The translations under genes were made by a program, and so were the position numbers. The notes below the pieces were generated by a model. The model made no database searches. It was not told where the DNA came from and saw nothing but the letters and a program-made list of their open reading frames with translations. A DNA stretch of 63,765 nt, the filler included, from Craspedostauros australis (Eukaryota): NCBI GenBank assembly GCA_030167865.1. It is 5 parts of 5 records of this genome, joined end to end, with 100 filler letters (N's around TTAATTAATTAA, not from the genome) between each part and the next. Parts side by side here need not be neighbours in the genome. Positions count along the whole stretch, not along the records: positions 42,489 to 58,892 come from JALAGF010001245.1; positions 58,993 to 63,765 come from JALAGF010001246.1; 3 more parts are not named here. One strand, written 5' to 3'. Positions 54,743 to 63,765 of this stretch are shown piece after piece (within the stretch, counting starts at the first letter, position 1; every line of letters begins with the position of its first letter).

Positions 54743-56478
54743 GATGCCTGGTTGATCAGTGAATCGACCAGTTGATCAGTTGATTGATTGATTGATTTAC
54801 GAGCTTCGACTGGGATCTCCAAGTGTCCTTTGCTGGAGTTGTCGGATGATGTTGATGCCACTTCTGTTGCGTTGGTGCGGAGCTTTGCACGAAACTTTGT
54901 GCGAAGCGAGGACTGGGAATGAACTCAAGCCGATCGAACGGGGACGTGGAGCTTGTTGTAGTCCTCGCTTGGAACTTGGTGCTTTGAGATGACGGGAACG
55001 AAGCGAATCAGGCCCGAATGTACAGCGCAGTACGGTACAATACAGTCCAGCGCAGCGAGGAGAGGCTTGCTGATGATGGGATGGTGATTGCGGTGGCTCT
55101 GTCCGGACAAGGAATGAAGAAGGACGCGGAAACGGAAGGGATAAGATCGCACCGATTCGGAATGGAGCGCGGCGTATCCTTGAGATGGTGGAAGACTTGT
55201 GCCCTTGGTTGCTGTGGGTACCAATACTCCGCTATAGTGCTAGTACGAGTGCGAGTGCGAGTATGTTGGTGCTGATGATGTCCATGTGGTTGCAATTATG
55301 AAACGTGTGAAGTGATGTGAGCAGAGGGGGGAGTGCCTTGGCGCAATAGATGTGTGTGGGTTGCAAAGTGTGGCGTGGTATGTGTGTGTGCGTGCTGGTA
55401 TCGCCAGATCTCTATCTCTCCGGTCATGCGGTGATTGTGTGTTTGACCGCGACAACGAGAGCGGTACGGTTGCGCTTGGCGCGGTAAAAACAACGAGGCA
55501 GGCGGAACCATCCAGTCGCAAGGGATGCCCACAACGCAGATGCTGTGTTGTGATGCATTGGAGTGAGCGTATCGTGTCACTTTTCCTCATCTTCGCGGAA
55601 GCCAACCTCCCATTTCCCCCCAAGGGCCTTCTTCTCTCCGTTCGAGTTTGGCCGATTTTGTGTGTCCGCGTCCATCTAATTTCGGTCTTCACAAGAGTGG
55701 GCACTTCGTCTGGCGCGCCGTGCGGACGTCACACCCTCTAAGTAATCGGCAGTTACAAGTCACATTCGACAAAGTTAGCTGGGCGCCAATTTTGGAATGT
55801 GACCGTGACGAAACCAATTCGAAAATTGTCGCGAAGTGGCGAGAAACCCGTGATGCCTTCGCGACAGCTTCGGCGATATTGTGGAGGTACCACCATCGAA
55901 GCTAGAGAGAGAGAGACAACGGCAGAGAAGGAATATAGTACTCTGATCCATCTTCATGTTGGCCGCACTATGATGCTACTGTCCAGTCAGGTTGCTCTCC
56001 ATGTTACCTCAGACCGAGACAAAGGATCTACAGAACCCCCCATGCAAGCTACAAAGTTGAGCCCAATCAAGAACATAGGTATGCAGACCGAACCAAACAA
56101 GAACAACAACAAGAATCGCCAACTTCTTCTGTCAATTTTACAGCGACCGCCCAGGTTCCGACATGGGTTTGGCTATCCGACAAAATTGGCGTCGTTGGCT
56201 TTCTGTTGTGTTGGTTTTAGTCGACGTGGTCACGGCAAAGCAAACTTGGCGACGCTGCTCAACTTTTCGAAGCCGACCACGTTCTGTTCGTCGCACATCG
56301 CGGATGGGCGATCGTGTGATTGTCAGTGATGAGGTCCAGACGAGGAAGGCTCTGCGTGTCGCCATTGCATTGGACAGGTGGCGAGTGCAAGACTCGGTAA
56401 CGCCAACGGCAATGAAAGAGGAGAGCACACGAGCAGTCTCTCCAGCATCGCCAGGCACCATCAACATCATCAACAAAA

Positions 56479-56711
56479 ATGACAGACCTGGGTTCGGCGG
56501 GAGCCAACGAAGAGGGCAGTGAGAATGCCGACGCCAACGGTGATGGCTTCCTCCTGGGGCATTTTGCTGACCTCGATGTCGGTGGTGAGGAGGACGATTC
56601 TGATCAGTTAGGCATCAACAGCGACGATATTGGCAATGCCAACGACAATGGCGAACAAGGCTTGATGTTCTCCGATTCTGCAAATGCATCGGAGCAAGGT
56701 TCATCACGACA

Positions 56712-56742
<31 letters not shown>

Positions 56743-57705
56743 CAGTACAATGGGAAGAAACCAAGATGGTGGAAGGGCTGCTGTGGCAAACCATCCAAGG
56801 CGCAGAAGCGGGCCTTGCACGAGATATCACAGACGAAGTACCGCTTGCAGCGACCACCGTACGGTTCCTTTCTCGATTGGCAGGAGGTCTTTGACACCAA
56901 CGACGATGCGCTGAACATCTGGCTGGAGCTGGGATTTGGACGCGGCGAGAATCTGCTGGCGCTGGCGCATCGTCATGCGCATCACCTTGTGGGAGCTGAG
57001 ATCCATCATGCGGGATGCGCGACACTGTGTCAGCGCGTGCTGCAGGGCGTGCATCACAACAAGTGCTGGCAGGGGTACGTGCTGTTCGGAGATCATGCAA
57101 AAAAAGCAAAGGATGTTTCCGCGAATGATCCAGTGAACGCAAGTATCAGCAATGACAACCAATCCGGATCCCTTGGGAATGCCAGTGCAACTACCAATTC
57201 ATCTGAACACCAACAGCAGCAGCAGCAGGAGGAGTTGGTGAGTGAAACGCAAAGCACTGCGTACTCCAATCTGCGTGCATTCCCAGGAAACGGCATCAAG
57301 CTGCTGCCGTACATCCCTTCCGACACCCTGGCGGCCATCCTGGTCACGTTCCCGGACCCGTTCCCTCGGCCTGGGCATGAGGAGTACCGACTCATCCAAG
57401 CTTCCACAGTTCTGGAAATGTACCGCGTGCTGAAGAAGAACGGCAATGGTCGGTTGTACTTGGCGACAGATCACGATGAGCATTTCGCATGGTGCCACTC
57501 AGTGATGAATTCAGTGTCGTCGTCGCCCGCAAACGGTAACAACGACAATGATGAAGATCAAAGCAGGCCTGGATCACCCGCCAAGTTCCGACTGCTGGAT
57601 CCTTGTCCTGATCGCATGGATTGGCTGCCTGCTGTCAGCCGGTACGAACAGAAGGGATGGGATGAAGGGCGCAAGACGAACCTGGCTTGTTGGGAAGTTC
57701 TGTAG
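56479..57705 (+). CDS. trmB: tRNA (guanine-N7)-methyltransferase, TrmB type
   Basis: WLELGFGRGE, VGAEIH, VTFPDPFP, LYLATD and SRYEQKG; low-complexity inserts. Confidence 0.85.
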
Positions 57706-57838
57706 AGTACGAGTCGAGTGGTGCCATTGCCTATGTACGACTATAGTAATATACTCCATTCGTACAGCATTGTGTTGAGGTCAAGCAAAGATAACTTACA
57801 ACCATCGCAGAAGTAGAGTGGAGTAGAGTAAAGTACCA

Positions 57839-58892
57839 GAGGAAATTCACTAACCAGCCTTTTCGAAGTGCCCATTTGCACTAACCAGCCTGTTGTTACA
57901 ACACTTAGTGGCACAAAACGTCCAAATGTCTGTGCGACATCTCATGGACACGGAGATTTCACATCGGCCTGCAAGGTAAGTATATCAATGTAGACCACCT
58001 GTATCACACAGGGAAGTACAAGCCACATGATACATGTTTGTCAAAATCGCCATAGATGCATGTAAATAGCCCATACGAATAGATAGCATCTAATGAAGGG
58101 ATAATGAATACTATAGTTGTAGATATATGCATCACCACCTGTTTGCTCCAACTCTTTGCGTTGTGGATCGTATTCTGATGAAACCTGCATTGGAAAGGAT
58201 AAACATATCCATCTAAACAAGATCAAGTCATCGAGAGCATTCCATTGGGTATACTTCCAGCTAGAGAGTGACTGGATTCATCTAGAAAATGTTGCAGATT
58301 GTACGCGGTCAAATCATGTGATACCGCACAGTGACTGTGTGCGGTGTGCAGGGTTTTGACCAAACCTTCATATGAAAGATCCAACATTGGCAATTCTACC
58401 AATGTCATCATAGCGACAGCGCTTCAATGGGTATGGGGGTGGCTTGTGAGAATCTGGATCCTTCTGGAAGAAGTGCCAGTATCCAAATATATCAACCTCG
58501 TTATACTGAGCGCTACGCTTGACGCTGTACTGTATTTTGCACATCTATGCCTTTGGCGGGCCTGTCAGGAATCGGGTGTTCTGAAACACCGAATTGTTGC
58601 ACCTCCCAATAATGTGGAGTCGAGCGTCGTGAAACGCTATAATACCGCACCTCTCACTTTGGATCTTTGTGACACCAAAATTGTGAGCTGCACGTGTTTT
58701 ACGGTGAAGAATGCCACGTGCCGAATGCAAACCGGACCATGACGTTCGTGACCTCAATGCAGGAATGGGAGCCACACATGTATGTCACAGGGGGCGGCGA
58801 TGTTGGATTCGTGACCAGCATCACGATACACGTGACTACGGCCCCATGTCGCAATGAACAAGAAAAGAGTATTCGAGACAGGCCGGCGTCAC
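57839..58892. mobile_element. Possible terminus of a DNA transposon (Mutator-like), running into the contig break
   Basis: Starts GAGGAAATTCAC; 13-bp direct repeat CACTAACCAGCCT at 57848 and 57879; then AT-richer, ORF-poor sequence. No transposase seen. Confidence 0.3.
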
Positions 58893-58992
58893 NNNNNNNN
58901 NNNNNNNNNNNNNNNNNNNNNNNNNNNNNNNNNNNNTTAATTAATTAANNNNNNNNNNNNNNNNNNNNNNNNNNNNNNNNNNNNNNNNNNNN
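58893..58992. other. Artificial contig-joining linker
   Basis: N44-TTAATTAATTAA-N44. Confidence 0.97.
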
Positions 58993-61900
58993 AATGGGGG
59001 ACAGTCGCCATGATAGTCAGCCGCATGCGGGCACAGTCCAGCCCGAACCGCAACGGACCCACCAATGCCGGAATCTCGAGATCGGATGATTCGACCGGCC
59101 AACACCACCACCTGGGGCACCAGACCAACGACAAGCCAACCACACAAATCAGGATTGCCACCCTCAACGCAGGCGGCATTCCACCAGACAAAACCGACCC
59201 AAAAAATGATGATCTGTGGCAGACCATCAAGCAGCATCAAGTGGATGTACTCCTGCTGACAGAAGTGGGTATCAACTGGAGCAAGACACCCACAGATGCA
59301 ACCTTGTGCCGCAGAGCAGAACAGCACCTGAAGATGACGAAAACGAACACAGCGCACTGCCAAACCCAGTCCAACAGCCCGAGACAATGGGGAGGCACAG
59401 CGATTGTTGTGCATGGGAAGATAGCTGGCCGAGTACTCTCGCGCGACAGCGACCCTGAGAAATGCGGCAGATGGGCAAGCGTCCTTCTCCAAGGAAAGCA
59501 TGGCATCAAAGTACGCACAGTCGCAGTGTACATTCCCACCAAATCCACACAGACCGCGGGAACNNNNNNNNNNNNNNNNNNNNNNNNNNNNNNNNNNNNN
59601 NNNNNNNNNNNNNNNNNNNNNNNNNNNNNNNNNCAAGACCTGCGCACACAAATTGAACAATGGCGACACGCAGGAGAGTCCATCATCGTCGGCGGCGACG
59701 TCAACATGGACGTTCGGAGATCAAAGATCACAGACATGCTGACGGCCGCAGGGCTACACGAACACCATACCAACACAATCGACCGACCCTACGCAACCAT
59801 GATAAGAAACCGGAGCCAAGTTCCCATCGATGGCATCTGGACCACCAGCGACGTGAAGCCCAACCAGCTTGGAGCAACGGCGTACGGCTGCTGGGACCAC
59901 CGGATGGTGTGGATGGACATCGGAGAAAGCAATCTCTTTGGGCCAACCAAACAACCCACCACACCATTCCGAGGACGCAGGCTCCAGATGAGCCAACCAT
60001 CCACAGTACGCAAGTACAAGGCGGAATACACGGCGCAGGCCAAGAAGCTCCAGCTGCTTCACCGAGCGCGCGAGCTGGACACTGCCATAGGAGCGGGGCC
60101 AGTCACAGCATCCCAAGCGCAGCATCTAGAGAAATTGGACAACGACCGGATCACAGCGATGCTGCAAGCAGAAAGCAAGTGTAGGAGAGTGCGAGCAGGA
60201 AAGGTCCCATTCTCCCCGGTGCTGGCTAAGCTCCACTGGGAGCACAAGTTCTGGACCATCAGCATAAAACGCAGGAAGGGCCATCACATCAGTGGGAGAA
60301 CCATTGACAAGGCCAAGCAGAAAGGAGGAGTGACAAAACTCACGCGCGACATGTCGGTGACGGAAATGCAGCATCACAGGAATGCGGCATGGAAGAAGTA
60401 CAAACAAGAGAAGAAACACGCAGACACCCACCGACGAACGTTTCTGGCAGAAGACGAGGCAGACGAGAAGGAGTCAGGGCGAGACACGGCCAAGTACAGA
60501 ACACAGATCCTGCAACGGGAAGAAACAAAGGCGACGTACCGGCGCATCAAGTGGTCGCTGCAGGCTGAGGGATCTGACGCACAAGTCTCCATTGTGGTGG
60601 ACGATGGACCCGGTGGAAGTGGCCGTCTGCTCACATCGGGAGAAGACGTCGCCAAGGCATGCTGCAACAACAATGTGGATAAGTACAGCCAAGCATGGCA
60701 AGCAGAGGTGTGCCAACAACCACTCAAACACACACTTGGGCGGTACGGTACCAGCACGGCAGCCACTGCTGTACTGCACGGAATCGTCCCAACACAAGTC
60801 AAAGCCAACACCAGAGACATTCTACAGGCGCTCCGCAATCCGCCAAACAGGACAGCATGGAAACCCCAACAACTACAGATCAGCACTGCCGACCACTCCC
60901 AGGGATGGGCTAGGATAAAGGAAAGCACATCCTCAGGACCATCCGGAGTGCACTTCGGTTGCTGGAAGGTCAACTCAACCGACGAAGAGCTGGCCACCAT
61001 CGACGCCATCATGCGCGAAATCCCCTACCGCACCGGATACAGCTACAAGCGATGGCAGCAGTGCGTGGACATACAGCTCCGCAAGAAGCCTGGCAATCTC
61101 TCCGTAACCAAAACGAGGACCATCGGACTGATGGAAGGAGACTACAACATGAACAACCGGCTCCTGGGCAAGCAAGCGCGCGCCCATGCTGAAGCCAACG
61201 GCACGATAGCGTCTGAACAGTACGGCAGCCGGAAGTCGCACACGGCCCCAGAGGTACTGCTCAACACAACGCTCATTGATGATATCCACAGGATCACCGG
61301 CAATCACTACGCGGTGTGCTCGAACGACGCGAAAGGATGCTACGACAGGATCGCACACCCCATCTTCAGTCTTGCTCTACAACGACAGGGAGTGCCAGCC
61401 CCGCCCATTGTGAGTACACTCAGCACGATCCAGTCGATGACCCACAGAATCCGCACATCAGCAGGGACGTCGACGTCATCATACTCCGGCAGGCAACGCC
61501 GCAACTACCTGCAGGGATTAGTTCAAGGCCTGGGATCTGCCCCAACCGGATGGCTTCTTATCAGCTCTGCCATCATAGACAGTATGAGATCCCAAGGACA
61601 CGGAGTGCAAGTGCACAACCCGATCACGAACGAGCAGCACACGGTGGTGGGCACGGCCTATGTCGACGACGCCAACATCATGCACAGCTTACCTCCCGTG
61701 CACCCCAACGAACAAGTTGCCATATTCCAAGCAGCAGTGCGCAGCTGGGACGAACTCCTCACAGCCACCGGAGGTGCGTTGGAGCCGTCCAAAAGCTTCT
61801 GGCAACTGATGCGATTCAAATGGAGCCGCACCAAATGGGTCTATGATCTCACTACGCCCAGCCGGGGCATCAACATGAGCACGCCCACGGGCGGCAGGGC

Positions 61901-63394
61901 AGAGCTAACCATCACCAGCCCGAGATCTGCATCTAAGTATCTAGGGATGGTTTCGAGGCGCGATGGCAGGCAGACAGAGCACGCGGAATACCTGATGCAG
62001 AAGTCGAGGGCCTGGGCGGAAAGGATACGGACGTCGCGAATCCAACGACAGGATGTCGAAATCGCTGCCAAGGCAGTCCTATGGCCGGCGCTCTCGTACT
62101 CCGCCCCTGCCACGACAATGTCCCGGTCGCAATGGGAGCGCGTGATGAGTGCGGCTCTCACAACAGCGCTGCCGTCAATGGGCATCGCCCGAACCATTGC
62201 TAGGGACTACGTCTTCGGGCATGTGGATGTCATGGGGTTCGGAATGCAACACTTGTACTACGGCCAAGTGGTAGCGCACCTGTCCATGATCATGAAGCAC
62301 TTCGAACAGCCAACGGCGACAGGACGACTGCTCCGCGCGTCTTTGCGTCACCTCGAACTATGGACTGGTCTCCCAGGCGCACTCCAGCAAACGGAGCATG
62401 AATGGAGGGCGTGGACCAGCCCAACGTGGTGGCAGAACACATTCCAGTCTGCAGCCGACATCGGCATCACCATGACCGACCTCGACCATCCCAATTCGCT
62501 GCCGCGGGAAGGAGACGACACAGTCATGAATCTGGCGATCAGCGCCGGTGTGCACAGAAACACTCTCGCCTTGGCCAATGTGGCTAGACTGCATCTGAGA
62601 GTGCTGTGGCTGTCAGACATCGCAACAGCTCAGGGCGACCGAATCCGGTCTCAGATCCTACAGCGCATCCGACTACCAGCTGGCCGGATTTGCTGGCCGA
62701 AGGTAGGGACAGTCTCCAAGAAGGCGTGGGAAGCGTGGGACCAAGTGTTGACGGCGCTTGCGGCGACTGACCGCCCCGGGTGGCACATACGACGACGGCT
62801 TGGACCATGGCGCACTGTCCCGCCAAGGCGTGAGTCTATGCGACCCGACGGATCGGTGTCCACGCCAGGCCTGCCCGCAATGCCCAGCAGCTCTCCCACA
62901 ACACCGGTCGAGGTGATTGACCGAGCGCCCCGACGATCTGGAATGGCCATCACGTCCCGAGGACGCATCGCGCGGCAGCTGCTTCCCACCACGCTGAGAG
63001 CATGGATGCACCAGAAGGGACCGGCTGCAGTGCGAATTCTCGCGGATGTGCACGTCCTCGGAGAGATACACTCGATTGTGCGATCCATAACAGAGGGTAC
63101 GTGCTCCGCGTGCAGCGATGCTTCAGCCAAACACAACCACGGATCGGCAGCTGCGGTCATCCAGCGCGACCCCAACGACAACCGGCACCAGATGCTTGCG
63201 ATGTCAGCCGTGCCAGAGGGATCGCACCCCACCGACTCCAACCGTGCTGAGCTCGCTGGAGTGCTAATGTCAGTGTGGATGATCACGTCGGTGGCTGAAT
63301 GGGCAAGCATACGCGGGCAAGCCACCATCGCTTGCGACAACAACCGGGCGCTGCGAGCTGTGGACCCAACGCAATGGCCAGACCCCAACAAGCC
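58993..63394 (+). mobile_element. Non-LTR retrotransposon (LINE), Ambal-like; 5' end lost at the contig break and 3' end interrupted
   Basis: Encodes an APE-RT-RNase H polyprotein (see the CDS entry). Confidence 0.88.
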
Positions 63395-63419
63395 TGTTGG
63401 CAAGTTCCGCTCACGGTAA
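59010..63419 (+). CDS. LINE ORF2 polyprotein: AP endonuclease, reverse transcriptase and truncated RNase H
   Basis: APE: ATLNAGG, LTEVG, AVYIP, VGGDVN, IDGIW, WDHR. RT: SGPSG, RTIGLMEGDYN, EQYGSR, NDAKGCYDRIAH, QGLGSAP, AYVDD, KYLG. RNase H: CSDAS, SNRAEL, IACDN. Contains a 70-N internal gap at 59564-59633. Confidence 0.92.
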   Translation: MIVSRMRAQSSPNRNGPTNAGISRSDDSTGQHHHLGHQTNDKPTTQIRIATLNAGGIPPDKTDPKNDDLWQTIKQHQVDVLLLTEVGINWSKTPTDATLCRRAEQHLKMTKTNTAHCQTQSNSPRQWGGTAIVVHGKIAGRVLSRDSDPEKCGRWASVLLQGKHGIKVRTVAVYIPTKSTQTAGXXXXXXXXXXXXXXXXXXXXXXXXQDLRTQIEQWRHAGESIIVGGDVNMDVRRSKITDMLTAAGLHEHHTNTIDRPYATMIRNRSQVPIDGIWTTSDVKPNQLGATAYGCWDHRMVWMDIGESNLFGPTKQPTTPFRGRRLQMSQPSTVRKYKAEYTAQAKKLQLLHRARELDTAIGAGPVTASQAQHLEKLDNDRITAMLQAESKCRRVRAGKVPFSPVLAKLHWEHKFWTISIKRRKGHHISGRTIDKAKQKGGVTKLTRDMSVTEMQHHRNAAWKKYKQEKKHADTHRRTFLAEDEADEKESGRDTAKYRTQILQREETKATYRRIKWSLQAEGSDAQVSIVVDDGPGGSGRLLTSGEDVAKACCNNNVDKYSQAWQAEVCQQPLKHTLGRYGTSTAATAVLHGIVPTQVKANTRDILQALRNPPNRTAWKPQQLQISTADHSQGWARIKESTSSGPSGVHFGCWKVNSTDEELATIDAIMREIPYRTGYSYKRWQQCVDIQLRKKPGNLSVTKTRTIGLMEGDYNMNNRLLGKQARAHAEANGTIASEQYGSRKSHTAPEVLLNTTLIDDIHRITGNHYAVCSNDAKGCYDRIAHPIFSLALQRQGVPAPPIVSTLSTIQSMTHRIRTSAGTSTSSYSGRQRRNYLQGLVQGLGSAPTGWLLISSAIIDSMRSQGHGVQVHNPITNEQHTVVGTAYVDDANIMHSLPPVHPNEQVAIFQAAVRSWDELLTATGGALEPSKSFWQLMRFKWSRTKWVYDLTTPSRGINMSTPTGGRAELTITSPRSASKYLGMVSRRDGRQTEHAEYLMQKSRAWAERIRTSRIQRQDVEIAAKAVLWPALSYSAPATTMSRSQWERVMSAALTTALPSMGIARTIARDYVFGHVDVMGFGMQHLYYGQVVAHLSMIMKHFEQPTATGRLLRASLRHLELWTGLPGALQQTEHEWRAWTSPTWWQNTFQSAADIGITMTDLDHPNSLPREGDDTVMNLAISAGVHRNTLALANVARLHLRVLWLSDIATAQGDRIRSQILQRIRLPAGRICWPKVGTVSKKAWEAWDQVLTALAATDRPGWHIRRRLGPWRTVPPRRESMRPDGSVSTPGLPAMPSSSPTTPVEVIDRAPRRSGMAITSRGRIARQLLPTTLRAWMHQKGPAAVRILADVHVLGEIHSIVRSITEGTCSACSDASAKHNHGSAAAVIQRDPNDNRHQMLAMSAVPEGSHPTDSNRAELAGVLMSVWMITSVAEWASIRGQATIACDNNRALRAVDPTQWPDPNKPVGKFRSR

Positions 63420-63765
63420 CCTACGATCGTGGAAGATGGTGTTGGTTGATAGTCGTTTGTTTGCTATTTCATTACGTTGGCACTCCGATACTCTCGGTGT
63501 CCGTTCGTTCTCTTGCCCGATGCTCTCGGCGCTTCAATCTGTTTCGTAGATTCGGTCTCCGACTATGAGTCGGTACGCGAGATCCTCTCTCTCTCGTTCC
63601 TTTCTGTATTCTCTCTCTCTCTCAACATCGTGTGCTCATGCTACACGATACTCCGTGTTCGATGCTTGCTCCGCATCCGAAACTCCGTTCATTCAGTACT
63701 GGCTTCTACTCCATGAGTACTTACCATTTGAAGTTCACCTTCAGTATCCATGATCTTCATGGGTC
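63395..63765. mobile_element. LTR-like sequence inserted into the LINE RNase H region
   Basis: LINE coding similarity stops at TGTTGG (63395), a canonical LTR terminus. Composition switches abruptly from A/C-rich to T/C-rich non-coding. A CAACA occurs at 63623-63627. Confidence 0.55.

Noticed and set aside
57850..57983. U1 snRNA (minus strand begins ATACTTACCTTGCAGG)
   Set aside because: No U1-70K loop, U1A loop or Sm site follows; it is better explained as the complement of a + strand splice donor.
4928..58992. Recurrent TTAATTAATTAA palindrome as a biological repeat, and gene clusters spanning it
   Set aside because: It always sits in an exact N44/12/N44 cassette, so it is an assembly spacer and the contigs need not be adjacent.

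Overview
Eukaryotic nuclear DNA, most likely from a diatom. The evidence is GT-AG introns, bipartite plastid presequences, DUF6824-type proteins, an Ambal-like LINE and a PTxxPT-repeat surface protein. The window is not one locus. It is five contigs (1-4927, 5028-13437, 13538-42388, 42489-58892, 58993-63765) joined by artificial 100-nt N44-TTAATTAATTAA-N44 linkers, so gene neighbourhoods across linkers mean nothing. Recognisable genes: alpha/beta-hydrolase lipase, partial COG3899-like ATPase, DUF6824 protein, TLC-like membrane protein, Twinkle primase-helicase, hexose-6-phosphate mutarotase, DnaJ, solanesyl/polyprenyl diphosphate synthase, ankyrin protein, PDZ-FKBP, ROK fructokinase, PT-repeat membrane protein and TrmB, plus several hypotheticals. 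Mobile DNA: two near-identical PIF/Harbinger transposon ends with intact transposases, an APE-RT-RNase H LINE cut by an LTR-like insertion, and a possible Mutator-like end. I found no clearly new multi-gene system. The best leads are the young Harbinger family (possible extended target preference, internal CpG-decayed minisatellite), the nested LINE/LTR, an in-frame stop behind a lipase signal peptide, a presequence-only microprotein, and several unusual domain fusions.
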